Assembly (NCBI GenBank): GCA_963771355.1
Contig: CAVYTA010000006.1
Span: 2,400,001-2,464,000 of the forward strand
Direction of reading: 5' to 3'
Origin: an uncultured Candidatus Rokubacteria bacterium
Lineage (GTDB): Bacteria; Methylomirabilota; Methylomirabilia; Rokubacteriales; CSP1-6
DNA length: 64,000 bases
Numbering within the stretch: the stretch's first letter is position 1; every line of letters starts with the position of its first letter. Positions 1 to 11,685 of the stretch are shown piece after piece. Both the position numbers and the translations under genes were made by a program. A model generated the notes under the pieces. That model did not search any database, was not told the origin of the DNA, and worked only from the letters and a program-made list of their open reading frames with translations.

Positions 1-806
1 CCCGCCTTGAACTCGGGGACTCGCCCATATCGCGCGAGATACCGATCCTTCTGCGCGTGGATGCGCTCGGACACGAGAAACACGCAGCGGAGACAGTTCC
101 CCTGGCGGAGGCCCCGCTCGGTCGTCCAGGTCACCACCGCCTCGTCTCCCACGTACTGGTAGATCCGGCCGCGTGTCGCGAGCACGGGCTCGGCGATGTC
201 GTGGAAGAAGTCGTTCTTGAAGTCGTTGAAGCGCAAGGGCCCCAGCTCGGCGGCGATCGCGGTGGAGTCGTTCAGGTCGAGGAACATGAAGATGCGGTCC
301 TCCGCCACCGGCCGGTGATAGCGGCCCAGCAGGAGGCTCATCAGCGTGCCCGGGCCGAGCAGCCGGTTGAGCTGGCGCACGAAGTTGATGAAGAAGCTCA
401 CCAGCGGTGAGGATCGCCAGCGCCACCAGCGAAGCGCCCGCCCAGCACGAAGTCCCGGTATTGCGCGGATCGGTAGTACGCGAAGAGGCCTCCGTGCTCG
501 GACAGTCCCAGCAGGCTCATCGTCACCGCGTGGATGGCGACGGCGCACAGGGTGACGTAGAAGAAGGTCCGGACGAGGAGGAAACCGCCCATGGTGAGGG
601 CCCGCATCATCCGCGGCGCCAGCGCGCAGCTCGAACCAGGCGCTGCCGAGCCCCATGACGGCTCCGGTCGCCACCGCGGTGAGCTCCCGGGCGAGGTGCG
701 TCGGCACGCGCCGCACGACCCAGTGCACGAGCACGGCCGCGCCGATCCAGCCGCACATGATCCAGAGGGCAGTCCGTGCCGTGTAGAAGGCTCGCCGCGA
801 GAGCAC
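1..806 (-). CDS. Membrane-anchored class III adenylate/guanylate cyclase; 3' end runs off the window; apparent frameshifts near 400-440 and 625
   Basis: Manual minus-strand translation gives hydrophobic N-terminal helices (TALWIMCGWIGAAVLVHW; GGFLLVRTFFYVTLC), then RIFMFLDLNDSTAIA...IYQYVGDEAVVTW with both cyclase metal-binding Asp residues. The ORF track misses it because of the indels. Confidence 0.75.
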   Translation of the reverse strand, partial: MLSRRAFYTARTALWIMCGWIGAAVLVHWVVRRVPTHLARELTAVATGAVMGLGSAWFELRAGAADDAGPHHGRFPPRPDLLLRHPVRRRHPRGDDEPAGTVRARRPLRVLPIRAIPGLRAGRALRWWRWRSSPLVSFFINFVRQLNRLLGPGTLMSLLLGRYHRPVAEDRIFMFLDLNDSTAIAAELGPLRFNDFKNDFFHDIAEPVLATRGRIYQYVGDEAVVTWTTERGLRQGNCLRCVFLVSERIHAQKDRYLARYGRVPEFKA

Positions 807-810
807 GGCC

Positions 811-1665
811 TCAGCGCGCCAGAGAGCGGATCTCGTCCAGCACCGGTACCAGATATCTCCGGAACTGCTCCGGATTCTCGCTCATCGGGAAGTGGCCGAT
901 CTCCTTCATCTCGGTGAAGCGGGCGCCGGGGATCTTCTCCGCGGTGGCGCGCGTGTCGTCGGGGGTGCAGGAGAAATCGTACTCGCCGGTGAGGAGGTAG
1001 AGCGGGCAGCGCGCGGTGTCGATCTCGCCCACGCGGTCGCGGAAGTCGCCGTCGATCCGATAGAACCAGAGATCGCCCTTGAACACGCCCGGCCCGCCCT
1101 GCATGTAGCCCCAGAGCGTGTCCCAGCGCGTCTCGTCGGGGCTTTGCGGCGCGATGAGGCCGGACATGAGCGCGCCCGCCAGCTCGCCGCCGTGCACGTC
1201 GGGCCGGTGCAGCCACCCGGTGTCGTCGTACCAGGGCGGCTGATAGGCGGCGGACTCCACGCCGATGAGCGCGCGGAAGCGCTCCGGGTGCAGGCGCGCC
1301 AGCTCCAGCGTGATCTTGCCGCCGATGGAGCAGCCCAGCACCACCGGGCGCTCGAGGGCGAGCGCCTCACAGAAGGCCAGGATCATCTCGATATAGCCGG
1401 ATGCGGTCAGCCGGTACTCTTCGTCCTGCCAGCCGGCGGGCGGCAGCGATTTGCCATGCCAGGGCATGTCGAAGGCCAGCACGCGGAAGTCGCGCGTGAT
1501 CACGCGGTCGTTGAGGAGATGGCGATACTGCTTGCCGTCGGCGCCCGCGGTGTGGAGGCAGACGAGCGGAATGCCCTGGCCGGCCTCCTCGAAGTAGACG
1601 CGATGCGGTCGCCCGCCCAGGGTCAGCGTCAGGTAGCGGCCGATGATGGGCTCGAGGTCGGCCAT
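811..1665 (-). CDS. Alpha/beta fold hydrolase
   Basis: CLHTAG oxyanion loop, GCSIGG nucleophile elbow, GEYD, GHFP. Confidence 0.9.
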   Translation of the reverse strand: MADLEPIIGRYLTLTLGGRPHRVYFEEAGQGIPLVCLHTAGADGKQYRHLLNDRVITRDFRVLAFDMPWHGKSLPPAGWQDEEYRLTASGYIEMILAFCEALALERPVVLGCSIGGKITLELARLHPERFRALIGVESAAYQPPWYDDTGWLHRPDVHGGELAGALMSGLIAPQSPDETRWDTLWGYMQGGPGVFKGDLWFYRIDGDFRDRVGEIDTARCPLYLLTGEYDFSCTPDDTRATAEKIPGARFTEMKEIGHFPMSENPEQFRRYLVPVLDEIRSLAR

Positions 1666-1668
1666 GCC

Positions 1669-2059
1669 CTAGCTCTCGCCCGCCGCGGCGGGGGATGGCG
1701 ATGACATCCTTCACGTAGCGCAGGTTCGCCATGAGGGGTATAAGATCGCCTTCCACGCTTGCCACGCCGAGCTTCTTCATGGCAAAGAGATCGTGGTAGC
1801 CGGGGGCGGGCACCGGCTCCCAGAAGCGCCGCCAGGCTTCGGTGGAGGCGCGGATGGCGAAGGTCCACGGCCGCATGAGAAAGGGTCCGCGCTCGAGGCC
1901 GGCCACGCGGCCCTCGTGAACGCGGAGCAGGTAGGCGGAGTCGCCCGCCTCGAGCAGGAAGGTGGTCGAGCAGTAGCGCCCGCGCCGGACCAGCCCGGCG
2001 TCGGCGTTGACCAGATCGGGAATCGACAGAATGCGCGCGTGCACGGGGTCGTCGGCCAC
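1669..2059 (-). CDS. Conserved hypothetical, SCP2/sterol-carrier-like small protein; probable indel near 1680-1695
   Basis: GTG at 2059 lies 7 nt after TATAAT. The coding-like frame reads ...VEGDLIPLMANLRYVKDVIAIPR. A TAG at 1669-1671 is one base out of frame, just before the next gene. Confidence 0.6.
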
Positions 2060-2109
2060 GGCGCCGATTATAGCCCCGGCCGCGCCGGACACGAGAAAGG
2101 ACGCCCGTC

Positions 2110-3141
2110 ATGGCTGAGCTGCCTCTGATCCCCTCCACCGTCGTCGGCTCGCACGGCAAGGCCGCGTGGTGGTACACCGCGGTGAAGGCGCTGGAGGCGG
2201 GCGAGTTCGGCCCCGGCGACCTCGAGGAGATGTTCGACGACGCCGCCGACACCGCCATCCGCGACATGGAGCGGGCCGGGCTCGACATCATCACCGACGG
2301 CGAGGTGCGCCGGCTCGACGGCTACGTGGACTCCTACTACGCGATCATCAAGGGCATCTCCCCGCTGCCGGTGAAGCGCAAGGTCGGGCCCTGGGGCTAC
2401 GACCAGCAGACGCGTTACGAGGCGGTGGGGCGGATCGAGACCCCGCCGGGTGGGCTCGGCATCGTCAAGGAGTTCGAGTACGCCAAGGCGCACACCGGCC
2501 GGCGCCTCAAGGCCACCTGCGCGGGCCCCCTCACCTTCGGTTCGCGCATCCATCCGGGCAAGACCTACAAGGGCGTGGTGGACGTGGCCGAGCGCTTCGC
2601 GGAGGTGATCAACGCGGAGTGCAAGGCGCTGGTGGCGGCAGGCGCCGAGATCATCCAGCTCGACGAGCCCGCGCGGGGCAATGTCTCCGGCGAGGAGATG
2701 GCGCGGCTCTACAACCTGGCCACCGAAGGCGTGAAGGCCAAGCTCGGCTTTCACGTCTGTTTCGGCAACCGCTTCGGCCGCTCGCGCTTCGACCGCTCCT
2801 ACCGGCCCTACTTCCCCGGCCTCCTCAAGGCCCGCGCCGACCAGTTCGTGCTGGAATTCGCGGGGCGCGAGCTCTCCGAGCTCGACGTCTGGAAGGAGTA
2901 CGGCGCGGGGCGCGAGCTCGGCGCGGGCGTCGTCGACGTGAAGGGCTTCTATCCGGAGGCGCCCGAGGAGGTGGCCAAGCGCATCCGCCGCGTGCTGCAG
3001 GTCTGCCCCGCGGAGAAGCTCTACGTCAATCCCGACTGCGGCTTCGGCTGGTCACCGCGCTACATGTGCAACCAGAAGATCGGCGCCCTCGCCGCCGGCG
3101 CCGCGCTGGCGCGCGCGGAGGTGACAGGGCGCCGCGCCTAG
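2110..3141 (+). CDS. Cobalamin-independent methionine synthase II family (MetE catalytic-domain-only, Zn-thiol alkyltransferase fold)
   Basis: VVGSH, TDGEVRR, QLDEP; Zn ligands HVC, LE and NPDCG. Confidence 0.85.
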   Translation: MAELPLIPSTVVGSHGKAAWWYTAVKALEAGEFGPGDLEEMFDDAADTAIRDMERAGLDIITDGEVRRLDGYVDSYYAIIKGISPLPVKRKVGPWGYDQQTRYEAVGRIETPPGGLGIVKEFEYAKAHTGRRLKATCAGPLTFGSRIHPGKTYKGVVDVAERFAEVINAECKALVAAGAEIIQLDEPARGNVSGEEMARLYNLATEGVKAKLGFHVCFGNRFGRSRFDRSYRPYFPGLLKARADQFVLEFAGRELSELDVWKEYGAGRELGAGVVDVKGFYPEAPEEVAKRIRRVLQVCPAEKLYVNPDCGFGWSPRYMCNQKIGALAAGAALARAEVTGRRA

Positions 3142-3149
3142 GAGGTGGG

Positions 3150-5393
3150 TCAGCGGCCGGCGGGGCGCCGCGTCTTCTGGTAGAGGGCGGAGACCCCGAG
3201 CAACGCCACCCCGAGCACGAGGAAGGACACCACGCGGTATACCGTGCTCACTGCCGCCAGATCCACCAGGAACACCTTGACCACGGTGAGCCCGAAGAGG
3301 GCCAGCGCGCCGTAGCGCACCACCGGCGTCCCGCGCACGAAGCCCCAGGCCAGCGCGGCGGCGGCGTAGAAGGTCCAGAGGAGCGAGAGCCCCACCTGGG
3401 TCCGCCACTCGACCCGCGCCACTTCGGCGAAGTCACGCGCCCGGCGGGCCGTCAGCGCGAATTCGTTCTGGTAGCGGATCCAGTGCAGGCTCAGGGTCGC
3501 GAGCAGCAGCACCGCCGCCGTCCCCGGCAAGCCCCGGCGCAGGACGAGCGAGAGGTCGGCGCGGCCGGCGGTATCCGCCACCGCGTTCCCGGCGACCGCG
3601 AGGGCGACGCAGGCCAGGATGCGCACGAGCAGGGGCGCGGAGACGAGGCTCGCGCCGGCCGCGCGCGCGAGGGCATCATCCGCCACGAAGACCCGGGCCA
3701 GCATCACCAGGCCCACCAGCAGCGTGGCAACCGCCCACGCGGGCGCGGGGAGGATCCGCGCCAGCAGCGCGATGATCAGCAGCTCGGCGATGAGGAGGCC
3801 CGCGGGCCAGAGACCCGTCGGCTCTCGCCACAGAAGCACGGCCAGGAGGCCGGCCGCCCCCACCCAGAGAATGTCGCGCAGGCCGTCACGCGCCAGGCCG
3901 CGGAGCCCCTCCGGCCTCGCGCGGCCCGCGAGCCAGCCCGCCGACGCGACCACCACCACCACGAGCAGGTGCACGAGATAGGTGAGATTCCACACCGGGT
4001 GCGCGACCCGCTCCCAGCCCACGTCGAGCCAGCCCGCGCGGGCCACGGCCAGCGTCAGGGCGAGCAGCCCGCCCAGCGGCGCCACCGATGTGGTGAGCCG
4101 CGAGGCCGCCCAGATCAGCACCAGCCCTTCCACCGCCCAGGCCAGCGTCACCCATCGACCATCCAGCGCAAGCGGGAAGGCGATGGTGAGCGAGGTCCAG
4201 GCCAGCCCCTCGTACGCGATGGCCGTACCCGCGTCGTCGGGCACGCGCCGGGCATAGTCGGCGGCAATCAACCGGTACACGATGGCCAGGGCAAGCGCGA
4301 GCGGCACCTCGAGACGGGGCTGCCAGGCCTCCAGGGTCCAGTAGGCGAAGGCGAAGTAGGCTGCGGCATTGGCCACGGTGAGGGCCAGGTCCAGCTCGCG
4401 GCCGCGCCGACCTTCGGCCCGCTCGCGCCAGATCGGCGCGGCGAGGAAGATCGCCCAGAGCAGCGTGAGCAGGATGAGCCGCGCCAGGGGGTGGGGTCCC
4501 GGCGCCGGATCCAGGACGAGCGTCGACAGTATCGCGGCGGTCCCCACCCACGCCAGGCGGTTCAGCGAGGGCCAGGTGCGGAAGCGCGCGATGAGGAGCA
4601 CGAGCACGTCCAGCACCACGAGGTAGACCAGCAGCCGCCGCTCGTCGGGCTGGGGCACGCGCACCAGCACGGGGGTGAGCAGACCGCCCAGCACCGCGAG
4701 CACCGCGGTGGCCTCCCGCCGCGTGGCGACGGAAACCCCGGCGCCCGCGAGCGTCACCGCGAACATACCCGCGAAGGTCGGGCCGCTGGCGAGCAAGTTG
4801 TAGAGCGCGTGCGCGGCGAAGAGCGAGAGATAGAGCATGCCGAGACCGCCCCCGGCGAGCCCCTCCGAAAGGAAGGGCAGGTCGCGGCGCGGGTGGAGGA
4901 GGAGACCGGCCACGAGGAGCGCGACGCCGGCGACGCAGCCGAGCATCACCCGGCCCGCGGGCCCGATCAGGTCATTGTCGAAGGACCACTTCAGGAAGAA
5001 GCTCACGCCGAAGAGGATGGCGACGATGCCCACCCAGGTCGCCCAGCGCGCGCCGATGCGCTGCTCGAGGTCACGGGTTGCCCGCGTCGTGGATGCCGGC
5101 TGGGGCACCGGCGGCTCCGGGACCGGCGGCGGCGGGAGCGGGGGCGCGACGTAGACGGAGACGGGCGGCGGGGGCGCGACGACAGTGCCCACGTCTGCAA
5201 CGGGCTCGCTCGTCGTCTCCGGCCCGCGCGTGGCCAGGGCCAGCTCGAGCCGGTGCATGCGCTCGTAGAGCGAGCGAAGCTGATCCTCAATGGCGATCAA
5301 GCGCGCGTCCTCGCGCGACTGGAGGCGCCGCGGGCTACTCAGCAGCGCCCAGATCGCCAGCACGATGGCGATGAGGGAAAGCAGCAGCTCCAC
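3150..5393 (-). CDS. DUF2339-like multi-pass membrane protein
   Basis: Pro-rich linker, LEQRIGARWATWVG, many TM segments, C-terminal KVFLVDL...YRVVSFLVLG. Confidence 0.85.
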   Translation of the reverse strand: MELLLSLIAIVLAIWALLSSPRRLQSREDARLIAIEDQLRSLYERMHRLELALATRGPETTSEPVADVGTVVAPPPPVSVYVAPPLPPPPVPEPPVPQPASTTRATRDLEQRIGARWATWVGIVAILFGVSFFLKWSFDNDLIGPAGRVMLGCVAGVALLVAGLLLHPRRDLPFLSEGLAGGGLGMLYLSLFAAHALYNLLASGPTFAGMFAVTLAGAGVSVATRREATAVLAVLGGLLTPVLVRVPQPDERRLLVYLVVLDVLVLLIARFRTWPSLNRLAWVGTAAILSTLVLDPAPGPHPLARLILLTLLWAIFLAAPIWRERAEGRRGRELDLALTVANAAAYFAFAYWTLEAWQPRLEVPLALALAIVYRLIAADYARRVPDDAGTAIAYEGLAWTSLTIAFPLALDGRWVTLAWAVEGLVLIWAASRLTTSVAPLGGLLALTLAVARAGWLDVGWERVAHPVWNLTYLVHLLVVVVVASAGWLAGRARPEGLRGLARDGLRDILWVGAAGLLAVLLWREPTGLWPAGLLIAELLIIALLARILPAPAWAVATLLVGLVMLARVFVADDALARAAGASLVSAPLLVRILACVALAVAGNAVADTAGRADLSLVLRRGLPGTAAVLLLATLSLHWIRYQNEFALTARRARDFAEVARVEWRTQVGLSLLWTFYAAAALAWGFVRGTPVVRYGALALFGLTVVKVFLVDLAAVSTVYRVVSFLVLGVALLGVSALYQKTRRPAGR

Positions 5394-5412
5394 AGTGACC
5401 TCAGCGAGAGCC

Positions 5413-5421
5413 TATACTGTA
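5413..5421. promoter_or_regulatory. Overlapping divergent -10 boxes (TATACT on +, TACAGT on -)
   Basis: TATACTGTA in the short divergent spacer between the DUF2339-like and YceI genes. Confidence 0.45.
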
Positions 5422-5479
5422 CCCTTGGGTTTCCCGGCAGCATTTCAGTGCCGGGCAACGCGATCGGAGGACGTGACGG

Positions 5480-6055
5480 ATGCTTCTTCGTGTCGGGCCG
5501 AAAACCGTGACGCTGGGCTTGCTGCTCGGTCTGATCGTGGCCGCGGCGGCCCCGCTCCACGCGGACGTCACCCGCTTCCGCATCCAGCCCGAGGCCAGCG
5601 AGGTCGCCTTCCACGCCACCTCGCGGCTCATGAACGCGGACGGTCGCTTCTCGCGCTTCGCCGGCGACGTGACGGTGGACCCGGCCGACCTGAATACCGC
5701 GCGGGTGACGGTGCGGGTGGAGGCGGCGTCGCTCGACACCGGCATCACCATGCGCGACCGGCACCTCCGCAGTGAGGACTTCTTTCACGTGGAGAAGTTC
5801 CCCGCCATCACCTTCGAGAGCCTGCGGGTGGAGGGCGCCGGCCGGCGCCTCCTGGTGGTCGGCCGGCTGACCCTTCGCGGCGTCACCCGCGAGGTCCGCG
5901 TGCCGGTGGACGTGAGCGTGGCGGGCAACCGGCTCGAGGCGCGCGGTCAGTTCGACGTCAAGCGCACCGATCACCGCATGATCTACGACTCCACGATGAA
6001 TCCCATCGGCGACCGGGTCCGCATCGAGTTCGCGTTCCGGGCCGAGGCCCCGTGA
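5480..6055 (+). CDS. YceI family lipid/polyisoprenoid-binding protein
   Basis: Signal peptide; SLDTG...RDRHLRSEDFF...FPAITF; GRLTLRGVTREV. Confidence 0.9.
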   Translation: MLLRVGPKTVTLGLLLGLIVAAAAPLHADVTRFRIQPEASEVAFHATSRLMNADGRFSRFAGDVTVDPADLNTARVTVRVEAASLDTGITMRDRHLRSEDFFHVEKFPAITFESLRVEGAGRRLLVVGRLTLRGVTREVRVPVDVSVAGNRLEARGQFDVKRTDHRMIYDSTMNPIGDRVRIEFAFRAEAP

Positions 6056-6106
6056 CGCCGGCCATGCTATAAAGGCCGCCACGGATAGCGCCCCGGGAGG
6101 CAGGGC

Positions 6107-7171
6107 ATGACGGTCCCATCGGATAACGTGGCGGCGACGGTCGAGGTGCGCGAGGCGCACCGCTTCGACGTGGCCGTCCTCGAGCGCTACCTTCAGGACC
6201 GCGTGGGGGATTTCGCCGGCCCGCTCACGGTGCGGCAGTTCATGGGCGGGCAGTCCAACCCCACCTATCATCTCTCCACGCCGCGCGCCCAGTACGTGCT
6301 GCGCCGCAAGCCGCCGGGCAAGCTCCTCCCCTCCGCGCACGCGGTGGATCGGGAGTATCGCGTCATCACCGCACTGGCCGGCTCCGGAGTGCCGGTGCCG
6401 CGCACCTACATCCTTTGCCAGGACGACGCGGTGATCGGCACCTGGTTCTACCTCATGGAGTGCGTGCCCGGCCGGGTACTCACCGACCCGCGCCTCCCCG
6501 ACGAATCCCCCGCCGACCGCGCCCGGATCTACGACCACATGAACGCGGTGCTGGCGCGGCTGCACACGGTGGACTGGAAGGCGCTGGGCCTGGAGGACTT
6601 CGGCCGGCCGGGCAACTATTTCGCGCGGCAGATCCACCGCTGGACGGGCCAGTACCGCGCCTCCGAGACCGAGCGGATCGACTCCATGGAGCGCCTCATC
6701 GCCTGGCTGCCCGAGCACATCCCGGCGGACGACACCACCACGCTCGTGCACGGCGACTTCCGGCTCGGCAATACCATCGTGCACGCGACGGAGCCGCGCA
6801 TCGTGGCGGTGCTGGACTGGGAGCTATCCACCCTGGGTCATCCGCTGGCCGATCTCGGCTACAACTGCATGCCGTATCGCCTCGCCGCAGAGAGCATGGA
6901 CGGCTTCCAGGGCGCCGATCTCGCCGCCCTGGGCATGCCCACCGAATCCGAGTACCTCGCCGCCTATTGCCACCGCACCGGTCGGGCGGGTATCGCGGAC
7001 TGGGAGTTCTACGTGGCGTTCTCGATGTTCCGCCTCTCCGCCATCGCCCAGGGCATCATGGGGCGCGTCATCGCGGGCACCGCGAGCGATCCGCGCGCGC
7101 GCGACCGCGGGGCCCGCGCCCGCCCGCTCGCCGATGCCGGCTGGCGCGAGGTCGAGCGCCGCGGCGGCTAA
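6107..7171 (+). CDS. APH-family phosphotransferase (ACAD10/11 kinase-domain/LvaA-like)
   Basis: GGQSNPTY, LRRKPPGKLLPSAHAVDREY, HGDFRLGN, LDWE. Confidence 0.9.
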   Translation: MTVPSDNVAATVEVREAHRFDVAVLERYLQDRVGDFAGPLTVRQFMGGQSNPTYHLSTPRAQYVLRRKPPGKLLPSAHAVDREYRVITALAGSGVPVPRTYILCQDDAVIGTWFYLMECVPGRVLTDPRLPDESPADRARIYDHMNAVLARLHTVDWKALGLEDFGRPGNYFARQIHRWTGQYRASETERIDSMERLIAWLPEHIPADDTTTLVHGDFRLGNTIVHATEPRIVAVLDWELSTLGHPLADLGYNCMPYRLAAESMDGFQGADLAALGMPTESEYLAAYCHRTGRAGIADWEFYVAFSMFRLSAIAQGIMGRVIAGTASDPRARDRGARARPLADAGWREVERRGG

Positions 7172-7187
7172 CACAAGGAGACCCAAC

Positions 7188-9278
<2,091 letters not shown>

Positions 9279-9332
9279 CCGTTCTTCCGCGGGGCGCGTC
9301 CGGGCCCGGCCTCGGGCTATAATACGGGGTCC

Positions 9333-10526
9333 ATGGACGCGCCCCTCGCAGGTCTCCTCGTCGCCGATCTCACCCAGAACGTCGCCGGTCCCTTCTGCGC
9401 GCAGATTCTGGGGGACATGGGCGCGGAGGTGGTCAAGATCGAGCGCACCGGCCGCGGCGACGACGCCCGCGCATGGGCGCCGCCCTACTGGGGCCAGGAG
9501 AGCGCCACCTTCATGAGCGTCAACCGCAACAAGCGGAGCCTCGCGGTGGACCTCAAGTCGCGCGAGGGACTCGCCATCGTGGAGCGCCTGGTGACCCGCG
9601 CGGACGTCTTCGTCCAGTCGCTGCGCGCGGGCGCGGTGGAGGAGCTGGGGCTGGGCTGGGAGCCGGCGCGCGCGCTGAATCCCCGCCTGGTGTACTGCTC
9701 GGTCACCGCCTTCGGGACGGAAGGCCCACTGCGGGACCGGCCGGGCTACGATCCGCTCATGCAGGCCATGTCCGGCATCATGTCCATCACCGGACATCCG
9801 AATCAGCCGCCCGCGCGCGTGCCCGTCTCCGTGGTGGACATGGGCACCGGCATGTGGGCGGCCACCGCCATCCTCGCCGCGCTGCGCGAGCGGGACCGCA
9901 CCGGACGGGGCGTGCACGTCACCACCGCCCTCTTCGACACCGCGCTCGCCTGGACGGCGTTCCAGATGAGCCAGTACCTGGCCACCGGCGAGGTGCCGCT
10001 CCCGCAGGGCTCGGGCACCGCGATGATCTGCCCCTACGAGGCCTTCCCCGCCCGCGACGCCTGGGTGATGATCGCCGCCGGCTCGGACGCGCTCTTCACG
10101 CGCTGCTGCGAGGCGCTCGGAGTGCCCGCGATCGCGGAGGATCCGCGCTTCCGTGACAATCCCACCCGCGTCGCCAATCGGAAGGCGCTCAGCGAGGCAC
10201 TCTCGGCAGTGACCCGCACGCTCGACTCCGCGGATGCCCTGGCTCGCCTCCAGCGGGCGGGCGTGCCCTCGGCGCCCATCAACACGCTCGACCGCATCGT
10301 GGCGGAAGCGCAGACGGAGGCGAGCGGCATGCTGGTGCCCGCCAAGCATCCCCGCCTCCCCGACTACCGGGGGCTGGGCCTGCCCATTCGCTGGGACGGC
10401 GAGCGGCCGGGCATCACGCGGGTGCCGCCGCTCCTGGGCGAGCACACCGCCGAGGTGCTGGCCGAGCTCGGCTTCGAGCCCGCCGCCATCGAGGATCTCG
10501 CGAGGCGCCATGTCGTCGGACTATAA
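9333..10526 (+). CDS. CoA-transferase family III (CaiB/BaiF)
   Basis: DLTQNVAGP, GAEVVKIE, NRNKRS, PGYD, PPLLGEHT. Confidence 0.93.
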   Translation: MDAPLAGLLVADLTQNVAGPFCAQILGDMGAEVVKIERTGRGDDARAWAPPYWGQESATFMSVNRNKRSLAVDLKSREGLAIVERLVTRADVFVQSLRAGAVEELGLGWEPARALNPRLVYCSVTAFGTEGPLRDRPGYDPLMQAMSGIMSITGHPNQPPARVPVSVVDMGTGMWAATAILAALRERDRTGRGVHVTTALFDTALAWTAFQMSQYLATGEVPLPQGSGTAMICPYEAFPARDAWVMIAAGSDALFTRCCEALGVPAIAEDPRFRDNPTRVANRKALSEALSAVTRTLDSADALARLQRAGVPSAPINTLDRIVAEAQTEASGMLVPAKHPRLPDYRGLGLPIRWDGERPGITRVPPLLGEHTAEVLAELGFEPAAIEDLARRHVVGL

Positions 10527-11304
10527 GACCCTCAACGTCGGGCGCTCGGCCGATGGCTACGTGGTCACCGTCGAGCTCAACCGTCCCGAGGCGCTCAATG
10601 CCATGAACACGGCGATGGGACGGGATCTCCTGGCGTGCTTCGAGGCGCTACAGTGGGATCGAGAGGCGCGGGCGGTGGTCTTCACCGGCTCCGGCACCAA
10701 GGCCTTCTGCGTGGGCGGCGACCTCAAGGAGCGCGAGGGCATGACCGACGAGGACTGGCGCGCCCAGCACGTGATCTTCGAGGAGGGCGCCTTCAAGGTG
10801 CTGCACTGCCCGGTGCCGGTCATCGCCGCGGTGGAAGGCTTCGCCATGGGTGGAGGCTGCGAGCTGGCCGTGCTCTCCGACTTCGTGGTGGCGGCCGACA
10901 CCGCGGTGTTCGCGGTGCCCGAGGTGACGCGCGGCATCTTTCCCGGCATCGGCGGCACCCAGCTCCTGCCGCGCATCCTGGGCGCGCCTTTGGCCAAGGA
11001 GATGATCTTCACCGGCCGGCGCGTGGCCGCCCAGGAGGCGAAGGCGGTCGGGCTCGTCAACCACCTGGTGCCGGCGGGGCAGGCGCGGGCCAAGGCGCTG
11101 GAGATCGCGGCCACCATCGCCGAGAACGGGCCCTTCGCGGTGCGCCAGGCCAAGAAGGCCATCGCTTGGGGCAGCGAGACGGACCTGGAGACGGCGCTCC
11201 GGCTGGCCATCGAGGCGTACAACAATACCGTCACCACCGAGGACCGTCTCGAGGGGGTGCGGGCCTTCAACGAGAAGCGGAAGCCGCGCTTCACGGGGCG
11301 CTGA
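10510..11304 (+). CDS. Enoyl-CoA hydratase/isomerase
   Basis: LNRPEALNA, FCVGGDLKE, GGGCE, PEVTRG, AFNEKRKP. Confidence 0.93.
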   Translation: MSSDYKTLNVGRSADGYVVTVELNRPEALNAMNTAMGRDLLACFEALQWDREARAVVFTGSGTKAFCVGGDLKEREGMTDEDWRAQHVIFEEGAFKVLHCPVPVIAAVEGFAMGGGCELAVLSDFVVAADTAVFAVPEVTRGIFPGIGGTQLLPRILGAPLAKEMIFTGRRVAAQEAKAVGLVNHLVPAGQARAKALEIAATIAENGPFAVRQAKKAIAWGSETDLETALRLAIEAYNNTVTTEDRLEGVRAFNEKRKPRFTGR

Positions 11305-11306
11305 CC

Positions 11307-11666
11307 ATGGCTGACTCGATTCGCCGCCTGCGCGGCTCGGCCGCCGGCCGGAACCGCGGCTCCGTCTATCGCGACCTCGTCTGGACGGTGGCCACCGCCG
11401 CCAACCGCAACCAGGGCGTGCGGGCCCAGACTCAGGAGTGTCTCGCCGCGCTGGACAAGAGCCTCGCCGAGGGCGGCTCGGACCGCACGCGCATCCTGTC
11501 GGCGCAGATCTTCCTGGCCGACATGGCCACCAAGGCCGAGATGGACGAGGTGTGGAACGCCTGGATCGGCCCCAACCCGGAGCACTGGCCGCAGCGGGCC
11601 TGCGTGGGCGCGCCGCTCGCGGACGGCTGTCTGGTCGAGATCATCTTCACCGCGGCCAGGACCTGA
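11307..11666 (+). CDS. RidA/YjgF family protein
   Basis: QT..L, IFLADM, VWNAW, PQRACVG, LVEI. Confidence 0.88.
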   Translation: MADSIRRLRGSAAGRNRGSVYRDLVWTVATAANRNQGVRAQTQECLAALDKSLAEGGSDRTRILSAQIFLADMATKAEMDEVWNAWIGPNPEHWPQRACVGAPLADGCLVEIIFTAART

Positions 11667-11685
11667 GGGCCGACGGAGGCACGCG

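Noticed and set aside
2166..5510. Very long alternative-frame and antisense ORFs (e.g. 1114 aa, 816 aa, 861 aa, 717 aa)
   Set aside because: These are shadow ORFs caused by high GC and codon bias. They overlap well-supported genes and have Arg/Gly/Pro-rich or mirror-image composition.
6107..7171. Aminoglycoside resistance gene
   Set aside because: Motifs and context match the acyl-CoA-metabolism kinase subgroup.
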